64,000 nt of DNA from Felis catus. Lineage: Eukaryota. Below, one piece after another: positions 14,950-28,159 of the stretch. Under the pieces are notes generated by a model that was not told the DNA's origin, made no database searches, and was given only the letters and a program-made list of their open reading frames with translations. The stretch is from contig NC_058374.1 in NCBI RefSeq assembly GCF_018350175.1, forward strand, positions 58,962,001-59,026,000, written 5' to 3'. Both the position numbers and the translations under genes were made by a program. The stretch's first letter is position 1, and every line of letters starts with the position of its first letter.

Positions 14950-15768
14950 CCATCATGTGGTCTATGCCCCACTTGGGTGAACTTAGAAGCAATGAGGATT
15001 TCAGGAACAGACATTTTTCCTTTGTTGGCTGGGTCCATGCTAGGCCCTGGGAATGGCAGTGTAAGAGGCTGACTGAGAGGCTGAAGGAAGAGAAGGTACT
15101 TTCTTTCTTCCAGATATCCTGGTTGCTTCCCATATCTTTGGGCATCTCAGCAGCAATGTTTTTTTGTTTTGTTTTGTTTTGCTTTGCTTTGTTTTGTTTT
15201 AATTAACTACTTTATTTATTTTTCATCTGCAGCAGTTACTCCAGTATTAATTGGTTGTAGTTTTCAGATTTGTTCCCCACCACCTTCCCAGGATCAGCTT
15301 TAACAACCCCTCTCAGAATTACCAGCCAGTTAGTGACCCCTCCTCAGAGGTCTGGTTCAACTGGGCAGGACCCCTCCTTAGAGCTTTTAAGTTCTGATAC
15401 TTCCAACCTCTTGGTTTTGTTTCCACAGTGTAGGAGCGGGAGCTGCTTCCTGCAGTTACCTCTGGGTTCCCTTTTTCCTTTTCAGTTCTCTAATACTCAT
15501 TTGGTCAATCTCTTTTGAAAAATACTTGATGTTGTGGAGGGTGCCTGGGTGACTGAGTCAGTTGGACATCTGACTCTTGATTTTGGCTCAGATCATGATC
15601 TCAGGGTCATGGGAAGGAACCCCTTGTCAGGCTCTGTGCTGAGCGTGGAGCCTGCTTCAGATTCTCTCTCTCTCCCTCTGCTCCTGCTCTCTGTCTCAAA
15701 AAAATGACAAACAAAAACCCAAACCTGGTGTGGTTTCTGATTTACCAGCAGGGCCTCGGTAGAACAGT
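14950..15768 (+). mobile_element. ERVL LTR (LTR41-like) interrupted by a Can-SINE
   Basis: ttccaacctcttggttttgtttccacagtgtaggagcgggagctgcttcctgcagttacctctg motif; 5' boundary uncertain. Confidence 0.55.
15538..15722 (+). mobile_element. Can-SINE
   Basis: gggtgcctgggtgactgagtcagttggacatctgactcttgattttggctcag head, (CT) block, A-rich tail. Confidence 0.92.
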
Positions 15769-17342
15769 ATCCATCGCCATCTGTTTTTTGACACTTGCTC
15801 TTTATATCCTTCACCTGTCACTTTGTATTTGCAGATTTGCATTGTTGTAGAGGTTGGTTGTGTTTGTTTGTCTCTGCTTACTTATTTATTTATTTGTTTG
15901 TTTATTTTTTAATGTATGTGTTCTGACTTACCATTTAGATAAAAACTTCTGGAAGCACACACACACACAAATTTACAATGTTCAGATTCAGAAAGATAAG
16001 GATTTAAGATCAGGTTCTTCCATTTCACAAAAATAAGTGATTCTGAGCAAATTTTTTAACAACTCTATGTCACTGTCTCATCTATAAAATGGTGACAATA
16101 ATGCCTGCTTCATATCGATGTTGAAAGGATCTAAAGAGGAAAAAATAAATATAAATGCCTTAATAAAGATGCTTAATACATAAAGGCACTCATCAAATGG
16201 CTTTTGAGTTTATAGCTATGCATGATTGCCTAGGACACTGGCTTGTACACAGTAGGTACTTAATACATACTTGGGGTTAATGATTATGATTTAGCATTTT
16301 TGTGTTTGTGTCTGTGTACCATGCCATTGGATACTGGCTTGTACATAGTAGCTCTCAAGGAATATTTGTGGATGATGACAAATGTAAGCTTGGATTGTTT
16401 GATTAATAACCCACAACATATTATAATCCATTTGTTGTGTATATGCACTAAATAACTGACTGCTGATCTGCCTACAAAGAATTCCAGAACATGCCATTTG
16501 GCTGAAGGTCTGTTTTACTGCTGTGGAACACCACTCATGGATCACGTGCTGGTACAATGTGTTTGACACAAAAGGTCTATTACCTGTTCAAGTGTCCTTT
16601 CTGTTAGGAAAGAAATGAAACTCTTTCCAGATAATCTTCCTTGAGGAAAAAATAAAAAAAGTCTGTGACCTTCATTACTGACGGACTCCTACTATGCAAA
16701 CGGCAAACATGCAGCACCAATAGTTCACAAAAACCCAGAACAGCCATGAGGACAGTGTAAGTGTTTTGGTAACGGAACAGCAGAATGTGAATTCCTGTAG
16801 CTCCTCTGATTGCCCTTGAAGAGTCTGAAATCAGAGCTGCATGTTTAATCACGGGGAAGGAATAATGAAGATCACGATGCCTGGGGAGGGAGCACTGTGT
16901 AACTCCAGCAGGCTCTGCTGAGCACTCTAAGAGTAAAAATGCTTTGTTGTCTCTGTAGCTTGCTTGCTTTAGATAAGGTCCATCCCACACTAAAGGTAAA
17001 AACAATTAGAATCCTTTGAGGGTTTGAGGGGAGATTTTTTTACCTGTTTTACTTAGTCTTTAGAATGTATTTATATGGAACAACACCAACAACAGATATT
17101 CAGAATGTTCACATTTATATTTATATGCACTAAGCTCATTAAGAAATTGGACAACCAGGGTCTCCTGGTTGTTACTGAAGGGAAGGTATTCTGTCAAAAT
17201 GGGCTAGTTCAGGGAGATGACATTCATTTGTGAGATCTAAAAATAAATCATGACTCAGGAGTTTAACTGTGCTGGTATTAAAATGCTGCCCTCCTCATTG
17301 TTCTGGGCAATCAAGGATGTGTGTCTTAAATACAGGAGTTCT

Positions 17343-17561
17343 CCTTTTTTTTTTTTTTTAATGTTTATCTATTTTGAGAGAGAGAGAGACAGAGCACAAG
17401 TGCAGGAGGGTAGAAAGAGAAGGAGACACAGAATCTGAAGCAGGGTCCAGGCTCTGTGAAGTGTCTGCACAGAGCCTGACATGGTGTTTAAACTCATGAA
17501 CCTTAAGATCGTGACATGAGCTGAAGTTGGATGCTTAACCGACTGAGCCACCAGGAGCCCT
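17343..17561 (-). mobile_element. Can-SINE (SINEC_Fc) with 17-bp TSD
   Basis: TSD ttaaatacag(g/c)agttct at 17326-17342 and 17562-17578. Confidence 0.95.
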
Positions 17562-17677
17562 TTAAATACAGCAGTTCTTAAGTGTCAGTGCATGTAATAA
17601 TTACCTTGGGGGGGGGGTTGGTAAAATACAAATTGATGGGCTCAATCTCAGGGTAGACCCTGAATGGAATTCCCAAG

Positions 17678-18818
17678 TGTATTAGCATTCTCCTGAGAAA
17701 CAGAACCATTAGGACTGACTGACTGATAAGAAATTGGCTCAGGTAGTTGGAGGGGCTGAGAAGTCCCAAGAGCTGCAGTCAGCAAGCCGGAAACCCAAGA
17801 GAGCTAATAGTGTAAATTTCAGTCTGAATCTGAAGTCCTGAGAACTAGGAGAGCTTATGGTCTAAGTTCTAGTCCAAAGGCCAGCAGGACTGAGACCCAA
17901 AAACAACCAATTTTTTAATTCAAGTCCAAAGGCAAGAAAAGAGGTATATCCCAGCTCATGCAGACAGGCTGAAATTCCCTCCTACTATTGGAAGAATAAA
18001 TATTGTTAAACTGTCAATACTACCCAAAGCAATCTACACATTCAATGTAATCCCAATCAAAACTGCACGAGCATTCTTCTTGAAGCTAGAACAAGCAATC
18101 CTAAAATTTGTATGGAGCGACAGAAGACCCTGAATAGCCAAAGTAATATTGAAGAAGAAGACCAAAGCAGGAGGCATCACAATCCCAGACTTTAGCCTCT
18201 ACTACAAAGCTGTAATCATCAAGACAGCATGGTATTGGCACAAAAACAGACACATAGACCAATGGAATAGAATAGAGACTCCAGAATTGGACCCACAAAA
18301 GTATGGCCAACCAATCTTTGACAAAGCAGGAATGAATATCCGATGGAAAAAAGACAGTCTCTTTAACAAATGGTGCTGGGAGAACTGGACAGCAACATGA
18401 AGAAGAATGAAACTAGACCACTTTCTTACACCATGCACGAAAATAAACTCAAAATGGATGATGGACCTGAATATGAGACAGGAAACCATCAAAACCCTAG
18501 AGGAGAAAGCAGGCAACAACCTCTCTGACCTCAGCTGCAGCAATTTCTTACTTGACACATCTCCAAAGGGAAGGGAATTAAAAGCAAAAATGAACTATTG
18601 GGACCTCATGAAGATGACATTCCCTCTTACTCAGCCTTTATGTTCTATTCAGGTCTTTGATTAGATGAGGCCCAACCACATCAGGGAGGTCTATCTGCTT
18701 TACTCAACCTACCAATTCAAATGTTAGTCTCATCCAGAAACATACTCACAGACCTATCCAGAATAATGTTTGACAAAAGGTCTAGGTACCCCATGGCTCA
18801 GCAAAGTTAACCATCACA
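17678..18818 (-). mobile_element. MLT2 (ERVL) solo LTR with 5-bp TSD, split by an L1 fragment
   Basis: tgtattag...ttaaccatcaca termini; CCAAG at 17673-17677 and 18819-18823. Confidence 0.9.
17987..18614 (+). mobile_element. Carnivore L1 ORF2 internal fragment with TSD and no poly(A)
   Basis: Translates [42 protein letters not shown] and MKLDHFLTPCTKINSKW; TSD tga(a/c)attccctc(c/t)tact at 17970-17986 and 18615-18631. Confidence 0.95.
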
Positions 18819-19209
18819 CCAAGCGATGCAATTGTTGCTGGTCCAGGATTCACACTCTGAGCCACTGGTAGAGAAGAAATTGGGTCAGGAGTGGAAACTC
18901 ACTACTTGATTTATCCTTATTACAGAGCCTGGTACCTAGGTAGGTACTTAATAAAAAATATATTGAGTGAGTAAATAAAGTAATAGAAGAAGGGAAGGGA
19001 TGAAGGGAGGGAGAAAAGATCTCTATATAAAGAGACCTGAGTGAACATTAAACTATCAGGGTTCTAGTCTAACTAGACCTCATTTTCCTCAGCTCTAGAA
19101 TTTGGTCTATATTCTCTCAGGTCTTTTATGGCTCCATATTTCTAAGTTCATCTCTAGTTTAAAGATAAAATAATGGTTAACAATTTTTAAAACAAGTAAT
19201 TTATTTAAC

Positions 19210-19850
19210 TAATAACAGTGAGCTTTCATTGCAAGCCTGTCATGTGCCAAATACTGTGCTAAAAATTTTATATCTCATTTGATCCTCACAATAACTCCAT
19301 TCTTTCCATTTTACAGATGAAGAAACTAAGTTCATACATTGAGTAAGTAGTTGAGCTGGGATTCTATCCAGGTTCTATCCAGCTCCAAAACCTTTCTTCT
19401 TACTGTACACTGACTGTACCACAAACATTTACAGAAGACCAGATATGGGCAAACCATCACACTAGGGGAAAATCTCAAGGCATTTATCATCTAGTGAGAG
19501 TCAACATTTTATTTTTTAAAAAGCCAAATACCTAAAGAAATTTGGAATAGAAGAATGGTCAAAATGTTACTGGAATGTAACATTAAGGATTAAAGCACTA
19601 TGTATAGGGGTTTTTTAAGAGTGTAAATTTTAAGATAAGACTATATGGGTTTTAATCCCATTTTCATTAATTATAAGCTGTATTAATTTGGCCAAATTAC
19701 ATAATCTCTTGCCTCAACTTCCCTGTCCATAAATAGTTACCTCATAAGGGTGCTTACACCTACAGGTTGGATTACGTCCTCACCGGATTAAATGAATTAA
19801 CGTATGTAAAGCACTTATATAGTGCTACTCACAGGGCAATCAGTATATGA
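19210..19850. mobile_element. Two MIRs (~19210-19410 minus, ~19590-19850 plus)
   Basis: ccattttacagatgaagaaactaag; gattaaatgaattaacgtatgtaaagcactt. Confidence 0.8.
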
Positions 19851-21402
19851 GAGCCTGATTATGATTATAATTATGATTACGATTATTATTATTACATCCC
19901 CAGCACCTAGCCCAACGCCCAACATATGAATGATAATCTGCATATAACTGTTGACTGGATACCAAGAACCCGTACTCTCTAGAGATTATAGCAGTTACCC
20001 ATCTAGCAACTATATTTCCCTATATAATTGACCTTCCTGAAGCTCACTCTAAGCCTTGGGATAGCTTCTTCCTTTTCTCAAGGTACCAAATTCAATAACA
20101 TGTTATTACTACCTCTCAAAGTGTCTGCTTGTTGCTGGCTCAGTGATATATTAATATAGTTCTGATGTGCTACAGTATTAAATTCAGAGTAATAAAATGA
20201 GAAGAAAATCTAAAATTTGCTTGAAATTTCTGTTTTCAGTTCTCATAGTTGAAGATGATTGAAACTTTAAGAGATAAAACAAAACCTTTTAACCAGGAAG
20301 AAATTTTGAATACCCTATGTATAAATTGTAGGTAATGACCGCTTGTTTTGCTTCTCAGATCAACTTAATAAAAATCACTTGAAAACTCAAAACTGCACTC
20401 ATACTTTCTTTAAAAAGTGGCACATTGCCAAAGAATTCATAGCAGAGCATAGTGAAAGCTGTGGTGTGTTCTCTGACATTTAAAAGTATACCTGAGCTCT
20501 TTAGCACACGGATGCTAAATATTCAACAACGGTCTGAAATTTCCAGTGCTGTTGCCTGCTTCAGCACTTTAATTCCTAGGATATGCCAGGGTTGCACATT
20601 AGCATTTAAATGGACAGCCAAGTTCTGCAGAAACCTAAGATATATGTCACACTGTAACTGGCTTCAACTCCTTCAGGGGCTGTGGAGTTTCTTTGCCTCT
20701 TCTGATGTTCCAACTTCTCTTTCAACTTCTGCCTTTGTGGATTTGGGATGATCAGTTATCTGCAAGATTTATAACCAACAGCTTTGATGTCAGACAGATG
20801 TATGGTGTCAACATTCTGCAATTCAAGAAAACTCTCTTTCCCCTTTAGGATGTAATGTTGTGTTTTTCTGTCTGCTGACTGCTCACTTTAATATAATAAA
20901 GCAAACTTCAGTTCTCTGGGTTTCTCTTAGGAAAATTTTAAATCAGTCCTCATTCCAAATTGGAACTTAATTCGGTATAATGTCCCTAAGCTTCACTAAA
21001 CCACTAGGCTAGATCAGAAAGGGCTCAGTCTCCATATACCTAAAATCCACAGCTGTTTATGTCTTAACAGCAGAACCACAAAGTACTAATTACTAGAGTG
21101 CTTTTATTTGGATGTGCTTACTCATCTATTGAAACTCAGACTAAATACACAACTTAAATCACATGTTTCTCAAAAAGCCATCATGGAATCTATCCTTTGA
21201 CCTCGAGAGTGATAAAGGTACATCTTATCAATATTCCTGGATAAACTTACACTGCCTTGTAGGTATAACAATGGATATAGGAAATAAAGCTGGTGGGTTG
21301 AGTGTTAGACAAGTGTTCATTCAGACTGCTTTCCAGGGTGCTTCCCTTAGGGCTGTTGCATGAAGCAGCTCACTAATGATCATGTTCATGGCATCACCTA
21401 TA

Positions 21403-21574
21403 GCTGTGCTATCCCATATAGTAGCCACTTGTTACACTTTAATTAAATTAAAAATTCAGTTCCTCAATTGTGCTGTTCATGTTTCTGGTACTCAATAGCC
21501 ACACGAGTCTACTGAATTGAATAGTTTAGGTATAGAATATTTCCATCATTGCAGAAAATTCTTCTGGACAGCAC
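21403..21574. mobile_element. MER3-like hAT MITE
   Basis: ctcaatagccacacg...tatagaatatttccatcattgcagaaaattcttctggacagcac. Confidence 0.75.
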
Positions 21575-23086
21575 GAATCTAAAGTCAGGATTTAAGGGAC
21601 CTTAGAAAGGGCAACTAACCATCCCAGGACTGAGGGATTCCTGGGATCTGGGACCTTCACTGTTAAAATGATGACATTCCCCAGAAAACCCTAACAGGTC
21701 ATCTGGTCCAACCATACACCTAATGTGGATATTCCTTCCATGAAATTCTTGACTTTGGACATTTCTGAGTCTGCTAGCCAAATGATGTTACATATTAATG
21801 TATGTGGCTGAAGCAGGCAGTATTTGGAGAACTAAATTAAAGAAGATTAAACTAAAACAATAAATGGGTGGTCAGTTTCTGATTTTTACCAAGAGGTAGG
21901 AAGTTCACAGGAGCAAGTAGACTATTCAAGCAAACATACATTATGAAATGGCCCCACCCACTGAAAGGGAACACATTTCATAAGCAGCCTACAAGATAAG
22001 TAATGAGTCCAGCATCAAAGGCACATGGCTCTTAGACATGTCTGGTAAATCAGGGTCCTGTGTCATATTAACAGGCAGGGTTCTGTTGAATTATTCTTCC
22101 CAAAAGAAATAAATATATGTATTGTAGTCATTGAATTCAAGAATTCAAAGAAGCCTTGGGGAGTTTTCAGCCCAACTGTAATTTCGCAGAAGAGGGACCT
22201 GAAGCCCAAAGCGCCCAAATGCCTTTTAAGATTCCACAGTAACGGGGAAGGTCCATATTGCTTTTCTAAGAAGCAAGGGCAAAAGCACAGACTACTCTAA
22301 ATTCCTGTAAAGAAAATTAATGGCATTTTAACTGAATATTACATTTTTATTACTTCTCCATGATTTTTGTTTAGTGTTATTAAAACTATTTTACTTTATA
22401 TTAACTTATATTTGAAGTAGCTTCCTATTGAGAAAATTATTAACAAACAGTGGATAGGAAAATGCTTTAATGTTATCAGATGGTAGAGGGAAGGCAGAAG
22501 TATTCTTATTTTGCTTTGGTTTCTACAACCAGAAGAATGATCACTTAATGAAAAGAGTACAACATCATTGTAAAGGAGAACTGAAGACCAATTTAGGCAA
22601 GGAAATGGAAAGAGAACATTCAGGACTCCTTAAGTATGATGAAAACCCAGGCTCCAGACAAAAACAGACCTGCAGGTTTAAAGCTGGTTCCAGCTGTGAT
22701 GTTGGAGAAGTTATTTTACTTCTCCATTCCTCAGCAAAGTCAATCTATAAAATAGGATTATAATAGAAACTATCCCAGAAGGCTAAATAATATGTATAAA
22801 GTGCTTAGAACAGTGTCATGCCTGCTTAATGCTCTACAAATGCTATTAATTCCTCCATTATTATCATTAAATTACAAAACTGATTTCAAGTGTCCAGTTA
22901 CAGATGAATTATATAGCAGGGGAATGAGTAACTTGCAGAAATATTTGTTAAGTGATGAATACACAAATTACAACAAATCTGGCATCTGTAGTTTGTGACT
23001 GTTGCCTTAATAAATAACATAAAATACCTGCAATCAGACACTTGCTAAAGCAATGTTTCACAAATGTCAGTCATTTGATGAATATC

Positions 23087-23558
23087 TGTATTAGTTTCCT
23101 ATTTCTGCTGCTTTAAATTATCATAGGCTTAAAACAAGAGGCATTTCCTTTCTTACAGTTCTGGAGGTCAGAAGCCTAAAACAAGTCTTTTAAATAAGTT
23201 TACAATCAGGTTGTTGGCGAGGCTGGTTCCTTCCTGGAGCTACAGAGAATTTGTTCCTTTTATTTTTCAGCTTCTAGAGGCCGCCTGTGTTCCTTGGCCT
23301 GTGGCCCCTTCCTAACAACACTCCAACCTCTTGCTTCCTCGTCACGTCTCCCATTCCTCTGTCTTTGACCCTCCTGTCTCCCTCTTAAGAACACTTGTAA
23401 TTACATCATTGGGCCCTCCAGGATAATCCAAGGTAATTTCGTCTCAAGATCCTTAGCTTAATCATATTTGCAAAATCTCTTTCACCATGTAAGTGAACAT
23501 TCACAGATTTGGGGATTAGTGTTGGACATCTTTGGGGGCCATTATCTAGCCTGTTATA
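23087..23558 (-). mobile_element. MLT1C/D-type MaLR solo LTR nested in a hAT MITE (~23050-23788)
   Basis: tgtattagtttcct start; ttggacatctttgggggccattat near the end; TSD atatc/gtatc. Confidence 0.88.
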
Positions 23559-24525
23559 GTATCATCCTCACTATTTGATTTTTTCCATGTCTGCTGACCC
23601 ATATACTATAATTTAATAGCTGTCTTAAATCTTTTTTTCTTAATTTTATCTGTGAACTCATGGCTTCAATGAACTAGTTATATATTTATTAAAACATATT
23701 AAAATGACATTATTAAAAATTTTGTTTATCCTCTTACATCTTCACTTGAGCTATGGATGATACATATAACACACTTTAGAAAACACTGATTATAAATTCT
23801 CCTATAAATTTACATCCCTCAAAGATCGGCTGAAGACCTTTCTACAATTTTAGGTAATTGGGAAGTCTAGCCAAGTCTAATGAGCAGGCTTATTATCTTC
23901 TCTTCTGAGTTTTTTGAGTTTTCTTCCCAGCATTATTTTAGAATACCTGAAGGAATGGGTTTTTGAATCATTATTATTAAAGCCAAAAAGAAATTCCTTG
24001 ACCAAGTTACAGCTTACTGTTAAGTCCTCTACCTTTAGCATAGGCCAATACAAGAATCATCTCCTTGAACTGCATTTTATGATCCTTTTATAAATCCACA
24101 ATTGGAGATATGACCCATTATGGTAGTGAGTGTTCTTTGTACAGGGAAGCAAGTAATAAAATTCCTGTTTGAGTTTAGTTCCAGGAAGAATGATGGTATT
24201 AAATTTATTGGCTTTCTTTTGTCATAAATAGAAAACAAGAGTAGCCTAATGTGTTTCTGTTTTTGCCCAAGCTGCTAAACACAGATTCAAGATGTAGATT
24301 AAATCAGCTCAACTCTGGGACCTTGGCAGATTCCTTTGCTCTCCATTTATGAAGTATATTGCTTTGAAACCTGGTTGTTGTAGTTTGTATTGTGCCCAGC
24401 CTTGTTTGAAGTAATATAATATACAAGTCCTATTGTGACAGAAATTACAATTAAGTGGATTTGGGTGTTTTATATAAAATGAATTCCTGAATCCTGAACT
24501 ATATTTCATATTTTAAGAAAATAAC

Positions 24526-24938
24526 TGTGGTGGGCATGAGAAGGTAACCACAGAGAACTTGATCAGGGCCCAGCTGCCATGCTCCCAAATCCATTCCCCT
24601 GTTTGTACTAAGGCCATGCTTAGTACAAAGCAGCACTGGGCTGCTCCCAGGTTAGGGCTGAGCATTGGCAGGGCTACTAAAATAGGTCCATTCCTGGGAG
24701 ATTCAGAACGCCTTTGACAGCCAGGTTTGGCTGGAGAACTTCCTGAGAGTCTTGCTGAATCTTCCTTAGGCTGCATGGTAGTCTAGAATCCTTCCAAATG
24801 ACTTTCCTTCCCTTTTCTTGTGCTTGGTCCTTGCACAGCACCTTCTCGGACTCCCACCAATTTTTCTCTCACAGAAATCAAATCTGTATGTATTTAATCC
24901 CATTGTGGCATTTACAACTGGAAAGGCCTAGACTAACA
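24526..24938 (+). mobile_element. LTR16-type ERVL solo LTR
   Basis: tgtggtggg start; tgtatgtatttaatcccattgtggcattt...cctagactaaca end. Confidence 0.65.
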
Positions 24939-26371
24939 AACATTATGACTTTCTGATCCTTCAAATAATCAGAATACCTTAAAATTTTTTATTTGAAGGC
25001 AGATATGTATCTACTTTATACAGTGGTTTTACCAAGTTGTTTGGTTGTATATCTGTATATCTAAAAAGAGAGGGCATAATACAAATACATAATACAACAT
25101 TCAAAGCTTTGTTCTGGCTTATTTAAACCTGGGGTTGTATCTGCCTCTTGGAGTATACTGATGTGGAATGAACAGCTCAAGATCCATGTAGAATGAACAG
25201 CTTAAGATCTACATCAGTATAGCACAGTTAGCGCCTTAGGCCATCAAAAAACTGCTGATAGAATGATGAATGACGAAAAAGACTTCAGTAGATATTACAG
25301 GGTTTTGTGATGAGATAAAGAGAAATAGAGTTATCATAGTGCTCAGGTATGAAGTAATTGGTATTGGATCTTGCTGACAATTCCTTTAAGATGGAACATG
25401 GGAGAACTAAAACCACACCTATACTGAAGGCAAAAAAATCTGGCCAAGAAATGATACACTTAAATAGTTGGCCTGAAATTTCCTTTTGAAAAGATAGGGT
25501 GCTTATACATTATACCCAACTTGAAGACAATATAATATAAATAAGTTTTGGTCTTCTTAAATGCTTCAATAGCAGCCACTTTCTTGTTTTAGCCTATTTT
25601 GAGTTATAGGACTTTCATCTCTATGCCTCAAGCCGTGGTGGTGTTTCAAGTTGTGACAAAGGGGCAACCTCCCATGCTATAAACTTTAACTCCATGCTAT
25701 AAACTTTAACTCCATGCAGCTCTTTCAAATTCCAGAATTTTCATGCAGGATTTACAGTCCTGATTTTTAACATATACATACACATAAGCAGACTGCCAAG
25801 TATATGTTTATAATATATGGTGATTCTTAGGACTAAAGTATTCATATATACTTCATATATATATGATTCTTAAGACTAAAGTATTCATATATACTTCATA
25901 TATATATATATATATGAATATTGCAGTATACAATGGCCATCTTGCAAGCATCTTAGATGGTACCTTGTATCATAGCATAATCCCTTTAAATTTGACTTTA
26001 GGTAGTGTAAACAATCAGGGACAACTGATTCTTTTATTAACTATCATATTGTCTAAGAAGAGTTGTTTAGCTGATAAGAGTTGAGTCTGTGGTGCTGAGC
26101 AAGATTAGTAGTACATAGTACTCTAGAGAGTCTCATCTTCAATAAAACACATGAATTAGATATTGTTGGTGGATATAAATTATGTTTGAAAATTTTATGT
26201 TAAAAATAGCTTACCTTATAAAATATAAACATAAGTTAGTACCCAGTTTAATTTAATTTTCTTCAAAATATTTCAATTGAGTAATTGAAAGAAATATCAT
26301 TTTAAAAGGAGTGGAGTGTTGAAAATAGGAAAAGCCATGAAGATGTGGAATTATTTCTGTAACAGTTTTAA

Positions 26372-26438
<67 letters not shown>

Positions 26439-26440
26439 TT
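26372..26440 (+). repeat. (TTTC)n microsatellite
   Basis: Direct reading. Confidence 0.97.
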
Positions 26441-26599
26441 AAATTGATACCATGATAATAACTACCTCTAAAACATATGCATATTGGGAAGGAGAGGTAA
26501 GAAATTGGGGAATTAATTATAAAGCTTATAAGAATTTTGTACGGTTATCTTAAACTATTCAGTATACATATTTTTACTAATGGAAAATACATACTACTT

Positions 26600-27372
26600 G
26601 AAAGAGAAAAACATTTTGTGTTTCTCCTCTACTTTTACTCTACTACTCATAATAACTCACTTTTGACACCAGATGTGTGGGCTTTTCATACCAAACAATT
26701 CTCCAGCTTTCTGGATACCAACTAGGTATCCTATAACTTAACTGCTGCATTGTACCACATCTCACAGGTTAGGGGCCTAGTATCACAAGAATACCCTCTC
26801 CTATCAACTTCAGATGCCAATCACAAGTCCAGGTTGTCACCTGTGCTTCTGACTAATTGGCTCTAAATCAGAGATACTATGACCTTCTCCTCAAATTTGA
26901 TAATCTGCTAGAGTGGCTCACAAAACTCAGGAAAACAGTTTACTTATGAGATTAACATTTTATGATAAAAGGGATACAGCTCAAAAACAGTCAGGTGGAA
27001 GAGATGCAGGTGGAAGGTTTGAGGGAAGTGGCATGGACTTTCCATGACCTCTCTGGACATGCCACTCTCCCAGCACCTCTATATGTTCACCAACCAGGAA
27101 GCTTTCCTAATCCCTTTGATTAGGATTTTTACAGAAACTTCATTATGTAGGCATGATTGATTAAATAATTAGCCACTGATGATTAACTCAACCTCCAGCC
27201 CTTTTACATCCTCTGAGGTCAGAAGGTGGGACTGAAAGTTCCAACCCTCTAATCAGTTAGTTCCCTTAGCAGCTAACCCCCATCCTGCAATTATCTAGGG
27301 GTTTTTCAAAAATCACCTCAGTAACATAAACTCAGATGTTGTTGAAATATGTTTGTTGTGAATATCAAGATA
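26600..27372. mobile_element. MER21-family ERV LTR
   Basis: acttcagatgccaatcacaagtccaggttgtcacctgtgcttctgac; ggactgaaagttccaaccctctaatca; aacataaactcagatgttgttgaaa. Confidence 0.8.
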
Positions 27373-27865
27373 TAGCAAAAGAAACTATGCAAAATTAAGC
27401 ATAGAGACCACAAAAAGACTGAAAAATTATTTGTGGGACAGTATAGTCTAATGTATGTGTAATTAGAGTCTCAGAGGAGAGAAAATAGAGGGACAGAAAA
27501 AAATGTTTTAAGAAAAAATGTCTAAACATTTTTCAATTTGATGACAATTATTAACCCAAGATCCAAGAATCTCAACACACCCAAAGCAGCATAAATGTAA
27601 AGAAGACCATGAAAGTCACATTATAGTCAAGTATCAGACAAATAAGGAGACAATCTTAAAAGTAGCTGGAGAAAAGTAGACACATTACATACTGAGAATC
27701 AAAGACAAGAAAGAAAAAAACAAAAAACAAAAAACAAACAAACAGAAAAACAATTGGAAATATCTCTCAAGTAATATCAACCTAGAATTCTATACCCAGT
27801 GAAACTATCTTTCAAAAATCAAGACTAAGTGAAGACATCACTGGACAAACAAAGCTGAGAGATAA
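27373..27865 (+). mobile_element. Ancient L1M ORF1 fragment
   Basis: tgtaattagagtctcagaggagag; caacctagaattctatacccagtgaaactatctttcaaaaat. Confidence 0.8.
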
Positions 27866-28159
27866 CAGAAACAACAGTCAATTACAATTGACTTCACTTT
27901 TTTCATATAATTTGAATTATTTGAAAAAAACTTGCATTACTTGGAACTAGCAAAGATATCTCAGACTTCTTTGAAATTTAAAGGCTTATCCTCTTCCACT
28001 CTCCCTCACACACAGCATTACAGAGTGGGTCCATGTTAAATAATCCCAAGACATGAGGTAAACCTGTGCATTCCTAATACAAATTTGCAGGATTTCCTCA
28101 TCTCATCTATCGTACTTTATCACAGTATGATGGAATTGTACTGTCATACAGCTTCTCAG

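Larger units (their letters stand above)
17569..18867. mobile_element. MER5A-like hAT MITE split by the MLT2 LTR
   Basis: Left end cagcagttcttaagtg; right end ggtccaggattcacactctgagccactg; the two halves join across the CCAAG TSD. Confidence 0.65.
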
